Positions 24,849 to 37,477 of a stretch of DNA of 64,000 nucleotides are shown in pieces (positions within the stretch are counted from its first letter, which is position 1; each line of letters begins with the position of its first letter). The position numbers and the translations under genes were made by a program. This stretch comes from Penicillus capitatus. Its lineage: Eukaryota; Plantae; Chlorophyta. The stretch spans positions 434,001 through 498,000 of the forward strand of contig OZ287709.1 of assembly GCA_965649825.1 (NCBI GenBank), given 5' to 3'. The notes beneath the pieces were generated by a model. That model was given only the letters and a program-made list of their open reading frames with translations, was not told where the DNA came from and searched no databases.

Positions 24849-27527
24849 ATGCCAGAAGAGACTTGTTGCCCAGGCCCTATCGGTGAGATTATCAGAGGAC
24901 ATGCTTCTTGCGACAAGGTATGCTCATTTGTGTGAAAAAGAGTGAGAGACATCGCAATTCTGCTAGAAGATTCCTTCACTGGACTACATCTATTACGATG
25001 ACCATCAGAATCGAGTGGTTCTGTATCTAGCTGGGGCAACCAAACCGTTGTCCGGAATGGAGTTTTTGTTGCAATGGGTCGATCGCATTTTCTTCTATCA
25101 TCGACAGAATCCGTCAGAACGCGACGTCAGACGCGCTCATGTTCTCAAATCCTTATTGGAAGAAGGATACGAGATCGACTTCTCGGTCCATAACACCAAG
25201 TCACCAGCCGCCACATGTCTGTCACTCGATGACCCAGAGCGGTGCGCTGTAGGCAACAAGGCGTCATTTACTTCTGTGTAGATTCCAATTCTGTCAACGT
25301 CTTGAAAGTGATCTTGAGGGCGGTATGCTCCGAGGGCTTTCCCAGTAATAAAAAACCGAATCTGAAATTAACAGATGATCATCAGTGTCTACCGATAAGA
25401 CATGCACTGAATGGTCGACGGTTTGAGTGTATCAGATTGTTGGTCGCGGCTGGGGCTTTACAAGGCCAACTGCAGCCTTTTTTTCATATTCTGTCCCAAG
25501 CTGCAACATCCATGGCTCCGGGACCTTCTGTTCAACCCTCTCTCTTTGAAGCGTTTCTCAGTAATGTCGCCGATCCGCTCAAGAGAAAGGAACAGAAGAT
25601 GAAGAGCTTTGAGAATGAGTTGATGCTGACAGAGGCTTTTGAAGAAGTGCCCCGAGCAGAGGTATTGGAGAATCAAGATGCTGTATGCGCTGTCCTGTTG
25701 TCGGCGATCGATGCTCTTGTTCAGCAAGCATCTCTTGATCCTTCCTCTGCTCTGACACTCCTCTCCGAGAACGATTATCATTTCCCAGCTGCCTTGGATG
25801 CAGCCTTGAAAAACCCACCAGCTCTACAGACAGAACCGTCTGTCCCAGACGCACCTATTTCGTGTATTGTATGCTTTGAAGAGATCACGGATCCAGCACA
25901 GCTATCCATCCGGATGCCATGTCATCATGTCACTTGCAATGACTGCTGGAAAGGTGAGCATCATCACCGATATGGCATTCTCGTATAAGAGGGAGCCCTT
26001 CATGATTAGGTGTTCTGAATGCACGTATTCATGATGGGGATGCTCATGAGACAATCTGTCCGTGGCCAGATTGCCGTTGCTATTTCCCCTTGACACATCT
26101 CTCTCTGATTTTTCCTCCTTCTCGTGTCACACAATTTACAAAACAACTTGCTCGGCGCTATGTTGCTCTGAATAAAAATCTCAAACAATGTCCTCGACAA
26201 GACTGTCCGCATGTACTGTGCCTCTCTGATCGATCCCTTGTGGATCCCAGAACGCCCGACTCCGTGCAATGCACTTGTGGATATGCCTTCTGCTGGTGTT
26301 GTCTGCAGGAGAGCCATGAGCCTGCCTTGTGTCAGCAGGTATATATCATCGGCCATACATTCTGCTGTATCGGCTGTGATCATGGGTGCTGGATTAGGCA
26401 GAAGAGTGGCGAAATGCGTTGGTGGTGTTTCAGAGTGAGAAGAGCTCAACAGACTGGGTGAAGTCTGAGACCGTCCCCTGTCCCCGCTGCCATTCGCCCA
26501 TCGAGCGGAACGGGGGATGCAATCACATGAGCTGTACCGTCTGCAGACAACAGTTCTGTTATCAGTGCGGTCGAAAATGGCGAGGCCATTTCGATCACTA
26601 CACCTGTCTGTCCACTCGAGCATCTATAAACGAAAAGTACGTGCCTGTTATGCACGAGTCATTGGCGATGAGAGTGGAGCGTCCTGTATAGGGTGGAGTC
26701 TGCCGTGCGTCTATGGTCTGTGCTGGAAGGCATTTTTGGAAGACTAAAGCAGTCAACAAATGTGGCATCTTATGAATGGCACTTGCGACAATACTTGACA
26801 CACGATTTGGATGTGGATCACGTTTCGTCTGTGGCCCATTACATGACCAATCTCTTGAGAGAAACGCTGCCCACGGAGGAGCTTCGTAAACGGGACGGCG
26901 ATTATCAGAGGATTCCGGTGGATATTGGATATCTGCAGCAGGCTCTGGACGTTCTCATTTCATCTAAACGTGTTTTGAAGAATTCATATATCTTAGCTTT
27001 TAACTTAAGAAGAGGCAGTAGCCGCAGAAAGTAAAGCAGCCCCCACCGCCTTCCTTCCCTGCCGTGCCTGATCTGCTGTGCCGCTGCAGGTTTTTATCAA
27101 AGCTTCAGGAGCAACTAGAAAACTCCATAAGCAAACTGATGGCTCTTTTTGCTATGATTCCCGGCTTCAGAGAGGTCACAGCAAAACGTCACATCATTGA
27201 CAGACATGTTCGATGTGTGCCTGTGCAGATACCAAAGAATGTGGTGGTCGGTACTGAGGGATTCGAGTTCACTTCAAACGGTAAGGGATCGATCGATGCA
27301 TGGTCGATCGGATCTGATGTTTGTTTGTTTGTTCAGATTCTGTATTTGAAGAGCAGTTTATGTACTGTCATGCTCTTCACACCCGCCGCTCACAAGTCCA
27401 CGTGACCTGCAGCATTGTCTCCCGTATGCGAGATGACATCCTGCGAGCGTCACGTATCGGATTGACCCGACACTCCAGACCGTATGAACAGAAGATTCCA
27501 AACGGCGTTAGTCCAACACACCTGTAA
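24849..27527 (+). CDS. Ariadne-type RBR E3 ligase with N-terminal ankyrin-like and UBA-like segments
   Basis: LPIRHALNGRRFECIRLLVAAGA (ankyrin-like); CIVCFE...CHHVTCNDCW (RING1); CPRQDC...CTCGYAFCWCC..ESHEP (IBR); CPRC..PIERNGGCNHMSCTVCRQQFCYQC (RING2); RVLKNSY (Ariadne domain). Confidence 0.9.
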
Positions 27528-27616
27528 TGTGAGCTACGTAGGCAACGTCCCATCATGACGTTTGTGCAAGAGGCGCGTGTCAAAAATGTCATTCGTCCAA
27601 ACCGCGCTCGTCGGTG

Positions 27617-28573
27617 ATGATTCGCTGTGCCGTGGCTGAACGTTATGACGCGCCGATCTTTCGGTTCGGCCTTGTCAGCGACATACAGTATGCCGATTTC
27701 GACGACGGCCATTCCGCCGTAGGCAAACGTCGCTATTACCGAGCCGCTTTGCCGTCTTTGGAACGTGCTGTTTCCGAATGGAATGCAGAGTCCGTTGATT
27801 TCGCGATTCAGTGCGGAGACATCGTTGACGGCGTGAACCGAACCAACAAACAGAGTACTGTTGCTCTTCAGCGTATCCTCGGCTGTCTCGACCGTCTCAA
27901 CGTCGAGTGCAAACATGTCTTGGGCAATCACTGCACATGTCAGTTCCAACGAAAAGACCTGCTGAAGAAGTTGCATTATGGGGGAGATGATTTGGGTTAT
28001 TATTCATTTGAACCAACGGGGCAATGGAGACTGGTGGTGCTGGACACATCCGACATTTCACTCTATGCTTGGCCAAAGGATCATCCGCATCACCATACTG
28101 CTCTGGAGATTATGAAGAGGGAGAATCCGAACGACGTTTGGTGCAATCCCAGTTTACTGAAAGGAAAGCAGCGTCGGTTTTGTTCGTACAATGGCGCTGT
28201 TGGTAACGTGCAGCTGAAATGGTTAGAATCTGAACTGGAAGCTGCTGCGAAGCTCGATCAGAATGTTCTTATTTTTACGCACATCCCGATCGAACCACAA
28301 GGCGTCACTCCTGGCGGCATCCTCTGGAATTTCGAAGAGGTGCAGACAGTCCTGCGACGCCATGCTTCCCGTGTGCGTGCCGTTTTCTCTGGGCACGTTC
28401 ACCAGTGGGTCCATTCCCAGGATCGATCTGGGATTCAGTACATTACTCTGCCAGGTGTGATCGAGATGCCTCCGGGAACCGAGAGCCACGGCATCGTCGA
28501 CGTGCATGACGCGTCATTGGTGATTCGAGGTTTCGCGAGACCAGAGCCTCTCGTTCTCAGATGGTCATCTTAG
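27617..28573 (+). CDS. ADPRM: Mn-dependent ADP-ribose/CDP-alcohol diphosphatase, intronless
   Basis: FGLVSDIQYAD, QCGDIVDG, VLGNHC, VVLDT, FTHIP, FSGHVH metallophosphoesterase motifs. Confidence 0.88.
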   Translation: MIRCAVAERYDAPIFRFGLVSDIQYADFDDGHSAVGKRRYYRAALPSLERAVSEWNAESVDFAIQCGDIVDGVNRTNKQSTVALQRILGCLDRLNVECKHVLGNHCTCQFQRKDLLKKLHYGGDDLGYYSFEPTGQWRLVVLDTSDISLYAWPKDHPHHHTALEIMKRENPNDVWCNPSLLKGKQRRFCSYNGAVGNVQLKWLESELEAAAKLDQNVLIFTHIPIEPQGVTPGGILWNFEEVQTVLRRHASRVRAVFSGHVHQWVHSQDRSGIQYITLPGVIEMPPGTESHGIVDVHDASLVIRGFARPEPLVLRWSS

Positions 28574-28745
28574 GCGACAACGATGTAATCATCACGTGTC
28601 GTCTTAGACCTTTCAGGGTGCCTTCTCGTGTACTGACAGTCCACGGTCGGTCGCTGCGTCTACAGTGTTGTCGCAAAGCTTTCTTTCTTGTTTACCTTTT
28701 TTTCGCTGGACTCTTTTGGAAACGCAGTCATTGACCGGCTCTCCT

Positions 28746-30129
28746 ATGGAAGCTACGTCTGGTGACACGCCCTCCCTTTGCCCTTACCAAAGCTTAACGA
28801 CACCGACAGTTGTGCATCATGCTCCAATACAGCGCACGCACAAGGAGGAGGTTCACCAACGCCGCCTGTTGTGCACGTTGACGTTGGAATGGTTATAGGA
28901 TGTCTTATTCGTCCACGAAGAGAATGGGTATCGCTTGTTCGGTGTGAGCGACGGACACCAAGGGGTAAACTGCGCCGCCTTTGTTGAGCAGCATTTCTGG
29001 TCAACGCTCAGACCGCTTCTTCCCATTCTTTCGCCCGAAGGGAGCGATGACGGTGCGGTTTGTTGATGCTCGTCAGGGCTTCAACTGACAGACGGACCGC
29101 ATGCCATGTAGACACGTTTCACATCCGAAAAGAGATTCTCGAGGCGATGGTCGAGGCGTTCCGCCGTGTTGATGCCAATTGGTACAAAGAAAGAATGTAC
29201 TCCGGTGCGTCGCCGTGTGCCATGGAAATGGATTTGAGAGTGAGAGGTTCTTAGGTGCGACGTTGACCATTGCGCTGTTGACAGGACGTCTCTTAACCGT
29301 GGCCAACGTCGGAGACAGTCTGGCCTATATACATGATGGCGAACGCTTTTTCCCAATAACGAAGAGCCATCGACTCGATGATAATCCGCATGAGCAGCAA
29401 CGGCTAAGGAGAGCAGGAGTGACCATTGCTCCACTCTGTTCCACAATGAACGGCCCGGCACAGAGAGACACGATGGGATATGGCCCACTGCGGGTTTGGC
29501 CAGGAGGACTGGCTGTTTCGCGTTCCATTGGTGATGCAGATGTGTCGAAGCATGTCTGGAGCCTTCCACATCTCCATCAGATGCTGTTGCCGACCCCAGG
29601 AGCACGACTGATCCTGGCATCTGATGGTCTTTGGGATTGCCTCTCCATAAAGACAGTCAAAAAAATGGTCAAGAAAAAGTCGATCTATAAATGCGCTGGA
29701 GAACTAGCGGAGCGTGTGGGGCGCGCTCACAGTGGACAGCTCAGCGATGACGTCACGATCGTTGTTGTTGATGTACTAAAAGCCGAAGAAGGCGAAAGTG
29801 GCCACAGAGATTTCAAATATGTGCTCCAAGATGCTGAAAGGCAGAGACAAAGCAATGGCCATGCAAGGGTGGGCAAGTTTTTTAAATCGCGGAGCATACG
29901 TTTGTCGAAGTCGTCTAAGAATCAGGCACCGGACGCCTTTCTTGCCGCCATGGATGGTTTGACCTTCGTGCCTGAGCATCTCATGGAGAGAAACATCGAG
30001 ACATCCGTGTCTCCCATTGACACATCGGTCGCTCCTATGCACAGAGACTACACCGTCAGTGACAAGTGGCTTGCGCATGGCAGTATCTACCGTCCACACT
30101 CTTCCGACGAGGAAGAGGGGCAGGAGTAA
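28746..30129 (+). CDS. Protein phosphatase 2C
   Basis: GVSDGHQG, VANVGDS, GGLAVSRSIGD, LILASDGLWD, DDVTIVVVD. Confidence 0.92.
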
Positions 30130-30352
30130 AGAACACAATTCAACGTGGGCGGGAGGGACACCGGATCACACACAGCATCTGTTGACAATGACGTGCAGAA
30201 CTCACGTTTCATCTGTCTTTTGCATCGTACTTCATAGTTAACGTCACTTGTCTGTTCAAGCAAGTTGGGGATCAAGCTTCGTGTGTTCTGCTGCCATTGC
30301 TTAAACGTCTTGTCACGATGCGGTCAGTCCGTCGCGTCCTTTTTGGCGAGAC

Positions 30353-31694
30353 ATGTCGCGCGATCGATTCTATACTGGTTGCGTCGTATTCGTCGGCAAC
30401 TTACCCGGTACGCCATCATTCACCGACCTCTGACCGGACGTCACGTCTGCCTCGGCAGGAGACATCACAGAAGACGAACTCGAAGACGTACTGCGTCGGG
30501 TAACGTCACCTGACCCGTCTATTCCGTTTCCTTCACCTTTCTTGTCAGTTCGGTCGGATACACCGCATTCAGCTTAAGACACCGCCACGTCCTCCTGCCT
30601 TCGCTTTTGTCGAATTCGAAGAGCCGCGGTGCGCCTCGACGCGACGGCCCATCATCGAAGGGTGAAGCTGAGGTGAACGGTGTGGTGTAGTGCGGCAGAC
30701 GAAGCAGCGCGCAAAGGAGACGTTGAGTTTCGTGGGACGACGTTGCGCATTGAGTTGGCTCGAGGAGGAGGTCCGCCTTCGATGTCATCTTATCCGCGCG
30801 GAGCTGGACGCAACACGCGTTCGCCTTATCGCGTCCTCGTTAGGGGACTGCCGCCATCCGCCAGTTGGCAGGATGTCAAAGTAAAAGACGCACGAAACGG
30901 TGTCAATCGTACGTTGCGCGATGGTCGTCGCCTTTTTACTTGGGGTCTTTCTCGCGGTAGGCTTTGGACGGTTGTGTGTGTCTTGCTGTTTTGTGTTGCG
31001 TGGCTTTGCTGTTGTATGATGATGATGCTGACAGGTAGATCTGCAGCCTCAACAGAACATGCATCACTTCATTTCTCTCTACTCTCACTCTTTTGACACT
31101 CAAAGTGTGACATGCTTCAGGATCATTTCAGAAAAGTGGTGGACCCGACCTTTGCTAAAGTGTACAGTGAGAGAGATCGACTGTATGGAGTTGTGGAGTT
31201 TGAATCGTACGAAGATTTGAAGTATGCCATTCGCAAACTTGACGATACAGAATTCAAGAACCGATACGATCGAGCATATATCCGTGTTGTCGATGACAGT
31301 GAACGCTCGCCCAGCAGCTCAGAATCGAGATCTCGTTCCCGCAGCCGCTCCAGGTAAAGGCATTGCACGCACGCGTGAGGGTTATCTGACTGACGAACGT
31401 TTTTGGTGCGACAGATCGCATGGCCGCGGTCGTCGTCGATCGTATTCTTACTCGGATTCGCGATCCAGGTCACGTTCCCGTTCGCGCTCAGAATCGCGAT
31501 CCCGTTCGAGATCAAGATCGAAATCGAGATCGTACTCCGATGGAAGCGATCGCCGTTCCCATTCGCGATCGGCCTCGCCTCGACGGGATCCACAACGTTC
31601 GGGCAGCCCACGTCAAGACGCGACAGAAAACGCCAAAGAACAAAGAAGTCGTCGTAGCAGCGAAGAAAGAAGAGACAGATCGCCTTCGAAATGA
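30353..31694 (+). CDS. SRSF1/SR30-34-like splicing factor (RRM + pseudo-RRM + RS)
   Basis: VFVGNLP, PPRPPAFAFVEFE, GLPPSASWQDVK|DHFR, RS dipeptide tail. Confidence 0.93.
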
Positions 31695-31897
31695 AAACCG
31701 TGGCCTGAGGAGACCGACCCTCTCTCTAGTTCTGTTGTGGATGATGGGTGTTATCTCACCGTCAGATGTTTCGTAAGCTGGGAACAACGAGTTTTAACAG
31801 ACCTTCTGGATTATCTGCATGCACCCAATGACCTGCATTCTCTAACACATGCACCTTTGCCCTTTCCTATAAGCCCATCCATCCCTCATACAGCATC

Positions 31898-33197
31898 TTA
31901 GTGATGAGGCATGTGCCTGTGTGTGCTCGACAGCGGAGTGGAGTTCGTATATGAGCTCAGGATTCCAACGCTCAGATTTTTCTGCTCGGACGATGTGAAT
32001 GGACGTCCCTTCGGGTGGATCTTTGATAATATCCCAGCAGCAGCTCTTTCTGAAGAAGATTGCCCGAATGTCCGCATGGAGGTAGGGGACATGATGGTGG
32101 CTGACTTGTAAGAGGCGTACATCTCTGCAGCGCCTTCGACATTGAACATCCAGCTCATGGGACCGTTGGGATGACCCTCTAAGTTACTTCCCAGCCAATG
32201 TGCCACTTTCAGACTGAAGCCCATTTCGGAGCGTATGTGTTTGTAGAGCCATTTCCTGGAAGGAATGGGCAGCGGAATGGACTAAAGAGGCCATTCAGGT
32301 ATACTCCATTCAAAAAGGCTGGGCCATACTTGAATCATTTGAATGATCCTGTCGACTTCCTGGTTGACTGGAAGGTAAGAAGGAACGCGCCCCAACTGCG
32401 AATCCAACACCCAGACCTGCCCTCGATCAGCCACCTCTTAGAAACAGATATTTGCGTTTTCGAGCGTGCACTTGTTTCGGTAGCTTCTGCGCAGCTTCAC
32501 GTTCCCCTTGTAGTAAACGCAAGTATTCCAGGGCGACTTTGCCACCTAGTGAATGTCCTGCAACGAATACAGGCCATCCCCTACATCCTTCACACATTCT
32601 TATACACTCCAATGCGGACATGCGACGTTTTTCTCTGTTTGCACAGATCGATGAGATCTTGTGCTGCCGCTTGGATGTCATGTGGCGGTTCAAAGATATC
32701 CAGAGCGGCAGAGGCACCATGGTTGCGTAAATCCACCAACATCAACTCCCATTCCCTACACATCGCCAACTCCATCAGACAGACAGTCCTGTGAATGGTC
32801 TGCATGTCAAGCTTACCTTCCACTGATAACAGCAGCCTGGTTTGCCAGACTTTTGGACAGAGACCGCCTACGCAATGTGATGACAGTTTTAAGGCCGTTA
32901 TCAATTACCAGTTTCGTCCAGCCCCGAGTAAACCGTGAATGACGATCCCTCGCTGTGGCTCCTCCTGCATGGACGGCCATGTGATGAATGGCTGAGGTTT
33001 ACTGACCAGACAGTCGAGGATGTGGCATTAGGTGATGGCGCTTTCACTTGCTCGTAGGCCAAGGCACTTCGCCAACGGCATGAGAGACCCGAAATCGACG
33101 ATACGAAGCGCGAACGAATCATGGATGCATCTGTCACATCAGATGGAGCGGCGTCTACTTTAGGAAGACCGATTGAACATAGTGATGATGCATGCAT
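31898..33197 (-). CDS. Alpha/beta hydrolase, ABHD11-like esterase
   Basis: VFILHGLLG..RNW, VDLRNHG, VAGHSLGGKVAL, AAHWLGSN. Confidence 0.85.
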
Positions 33198-33528
33198 GCG
33201 TCCATCTTGATAGGACGGAACAAACAATACGAGTGCTGCACATTGAGCGCTTATCTCAAGCGAAGTTTTTTGCTTCTGTGAACCCCAGAGATCAAATCGT
33301 CTGAGGGATCACGAACAGAATTCAGCGAGCGGAATATACCAAAAAAACAAGGGTACTCAGATCGATTATGAGCTTCAACTGTTCCCAACCATCCTCAGCA
33401 CATCCACAATGTTCAACGTAAAATTACATAAAATCAACAGTACCCCTCTTGTGTCCTCCTCGGCGTGCCATGCACGGAGGTTAGGACATAAGGAAAATAG
33501 GATCTTCGTACAGAGAGAGAATCCAAAA

Positions 33529-35247
33529 CTAATGTCTGGCTATAAACGACTGAGTTAATGCGGACGCGGTTGAAGCGGATGTTGCCTTCGAGGCTTCATT
33601 CTGGCGCAATTCTTGGCGCTTTTTATAGACCAGATTCGAAATCTGGAGCACGTCTGGGTAATAAGGAAACGATTCGACAAAGACGCGAGCCGTCTGCAGA
33701 TCTTCCAGGACGAGCTGAAAGAAAGAAGCAATAAAGTCAGTGTGGTACTGGCCATCTGTCAAGCACGTTTCTCGTAATTCCTCGAAGATTTCACGGACGC
33801 CTGCACCAGAGCGACAACTCACTAGATTACTCTTGAAAATATCATCCTTTGTCATCACAAACGACTAAACACACCAAAACAATACGATGATTAAAAAACA
33901 GATCGTGATGGCAGAGGAGACGTGCTTGAAGGCGGTTACTCAATAGAGTCCTCTTCTTCCAGATCATTTCGAGATGCTGCAAGAACTGCCGTCTCAGCTC
34001 GAGCAACAACAGCTCCTGGTGCTCTGTCAGTCTCAGACTCGTCTGTAGGCATCGCCACATCGACAAGATCAGAAGACAGATGGATAGGTTCACCAGAACA
34101 TTTGTCCAGAAGCTCTGCACTTCGTCCGAATCCACGGGTAGGGAGAAAGCGGCATCTCCATTTGCAACCAAGGCACACATACTCGTGGGGCACAACGTTG
34201 CACAGTTCATGCAGATTTCACCCTACCGTGTACAGATCTCTACGGTTAGATGTTCATCACACATATGGGACGATACCAGTTCGCCAACCGATAACTGAAT
34301 CTCTTCCATGATGGTCGCATCATCCGGATCTGTTTCATGTTTGAGGAGCAGCCCACTCAGGACATCCACGTACTGCTTCCAGATATCTTTCATATTCGCC
34401 TGGTTGATGTTGGCAAACTTCGAGGCAGAGAAATTTGTCGTTAAATGCTTGGCAACAGTCAAGCTCCGTTCCATCGACAATGCTTCGTTTTCTGCACAGT
34501 TCAGCAACTCTGGGACTTTCCCATTTGTCGTCGTGCGTTGAGTTTCTCTCATCAAACTATCGGTTTTGCATTTGAGCGTGTTCATCTGCCGGTCTCGCAT
34601 CTTGATCACTTTGTTCAGCAACAAATTGCTATTCTCAAGATCACGGTTTTCAACAGAAAGATTGTCAACACGTCTACGCAGGAGCTCAACCTCTTCAGAC
34701 AGATTCAGCATTTTAGCCTACAGCAAACACAAGAGTTTACACATCCCAGTCACGTCTATACGAAATCGCGTACTTTCTGCCGTTCTCTGAATTTCTTCTG
34801 CGCTTTTCTGTTTTTAACCTGAGCTAGAGAAGGTGTGCTGGTGGATTTCCGAGGAATCATTGTGGAAGAGTTTTCTGTTGAGCCCTGTTGAGTATCCGCC
34901 ATTTCCTGACCCTCAAACGGCGGCTGTATTCGATGCATCATCTGACTTTGCGCCTCAAGCTCCGTCGGAAAGCCAAACGCATCCAACGGCCTTCGCAGTC
35001 CGTCAAAAAACATCGAGTCTGGTGAAACGAATCCCGACGCAAGCGTCGACCCCAACGGCGGTAGTTGAGTCGGGAAAGATTCGAAACTGTAGCCACCACT
35101 GCCGTCGCTTGCAACCGGTGGAAAATCATAAGGATCCGTCCCGCCGCCTTCTTCGTCCATCAGCCACGACAAGCCGCGCGTATCCGGATCTGTTTGCTTC
35201 TTTACTGAAGGAAAACCAAATAAACTGTCTGTTTTCTGGGTGTACAT
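33529..35247 (-). CDS. bZIP transcription factor, multi-exon
   Basis: KNRKAQKKFRERQK basic region; L-heptad LSEEVELLRRRVDNLSVENRDLE; C-terminal VFVESFPYYPD. Confidence 0.85.
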
Positions 35248-37477
35248 AAGCAATGCGCGATTGGAGAAACGTCTGCGGTTTTGTTCAGAGATCGAAGGTT
35301 GGTGGTTTTTACAACGACAAAGTGCGTAAAATAACGTGCGTTTGAGTCATCCGCCTAAACCATGATCCGCATTGGATATTCTATGATAATGATGTGACGT
35401 TAGGAACGGGCGTACGTGTCGCTGGGAAAAGGGAAGTGAAAACCATAGGAGGCCACGCAACTCCGATTCGAAGACAAGCAATCGTGAAGAACACGGGAAC
35501 GTGGTAACCATCCGATGATATGTTGACATTTGTCACGAATGTGCTGACTATGAGTCACCTACCTACCCACCTCTACATGACAGCAGCGGTTCTACATCTC
35601 ACTTGGCAGTAGGGAAAGCAGAGCGCCTAGGAGGCTGAAGTTACAGCAGATGATGTTGGGGGAGAAACGGACGAAGCGTTTGGTGAGTGCAGCCACTGTG
35701 ATCACGATGCAGAAAATCCAAGTTCTTCGATACTCAGAGCATCATCAGGTCCTGTCGTGACGGTTAACTCGAGCACTGCCGAGAAGGGACACAAACAGAG
35801 GCACGCGGCTCCTCTATACGGCAAGCCAGTGAGCGGAACGCCATCGCGTCCGGGGCCCTCGACGGCAAAGCGCTGAAGGAATAGAGATTCATCCGTTTGC
35901 GCCCTTCACCTTCCGGTTTCTGTGGCCAATGAGACGGCGTCGTCTGCCAGCGCAGAACGACGTGGCGTCATGAGTCGGTATCTGTTCATGTTGCCGTATT
36001 GTTCACGTGAGTGGTGTTCTCTCCAAACCCCTTCCTGCGTTTGAGGTTTGAGATCACAACACGACAACATCGATTTGGCGCTGACGACAACGCATCGCAT
36101 TCGAGGATGTGCCATTGGCACTTTTGTCTGGCGTTGTGTCTGGGACCAAACTCCCCTTTACAGACTGAGCCTTGTCACTCGACTGTCTCAATGACCAAAG
36201 CCGTTACACCATCTACAGATCTATCTATTTACACAGCTTGTCTTTCTGCAACCCCCGACGAAAATTGACCAGAGATGCATTTAAGGCTTCAAATACAAAC
36301 AAACACCAGCGACAAAAGCGGATACGCTAAAGGAATGTGCAGCGAGCGACGCTTGCGTTCATGATTTCTTTTCTGAATGGGATGTTCTTTATTTAAATAT
36401 CGTGGCGGATTTTTCGTCTATGACACAAACAACGTACAACAGCTTTTCAGCAACCGGCTCCGCACACGACGGAATTCTGCCTCACAGCAGACCGAGTGCC
36501 TTCTTGGCAACTTCGGCATTCTATGTACACTTGTTTTTTCTATATACTTATAACAAAAAGGAAAAGCATGACAGGAACACACGCTTGGTTTATTGCATAG
36601 CAGCGATTGAGGTCTATCCTAATCCAAATTCTTCTACGAGTCTGCATCTGGACTCCATACTGCGTTTATGAAGTTTTTTTTTCTGTGTGCATGCATTTCA
36701 TGTGCGAATCATTGTGGCGAGATGTAAAACAGAACAGACAGAACACGGGCAGGAAGAATGATATCCGAAGTTGGCGACGACAAGGATCGCGGTGCCATGC
36801 GTTTTTAACACCAACCGCTTTGGGATCCGTCGTTCTACGTCACCGACACATGTTACAAGTTATTTTTCCGCACGGCGACAGTTATCGCTCGCGGAAAATG
36901 AATCTTCGAGTTCCATTGACAAACCAACCTTCACACAAACCCACCTGCAGTTACGACAGTGAAGATCGGTGCTTGAGAGTTCATGGTGGCAAGGTCAATA
37001 AGCCAGATGTCTAAGACGTATCTCAGACCATCGTTCGAGAAAATGGCTGTTCTGGGTGATTACGTATTCAACCAGATTCCACCCAGATACCGATTGTCAA
37101 GGATGAAGAATTATGCAGGACCCTGCCTTGCGGATTTCTCAGAAGTGTGACTGAATCCATCCAACGCTTTTATTGTTTCCACAAGGGTACCCTTCGCTCC
37201 ACCATCCGTATGGAAAAAAGGAAGTGTCTCAGAGAAAAACATTCCATTGAGATCATCAAAAGCAAAGGACACTGACCCGGTTCTGTCCATTTTAATCTTA
37301 TGTACCGTCTTACGGACGAGCTGTCCAACGGTGCATTTATTCAAAGGTGTCATCAAACGAAGGAAAAAGACCACGTTTCGTGGTAGGTAAGTATTACTAA
37401 TGTTCTACAGCATTCGGCAGTCGTAATTGTCTCTGGCACTGCAAATGAAGTGTGGCGGAAACCATGTCATCCGGGCA

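Noticed and set aside
36400-37400. TE or endonuclease relic (AVLGDYVFN; ORF 37111-37374)
   Set aside because: A single weak motif with no ordered domain series.
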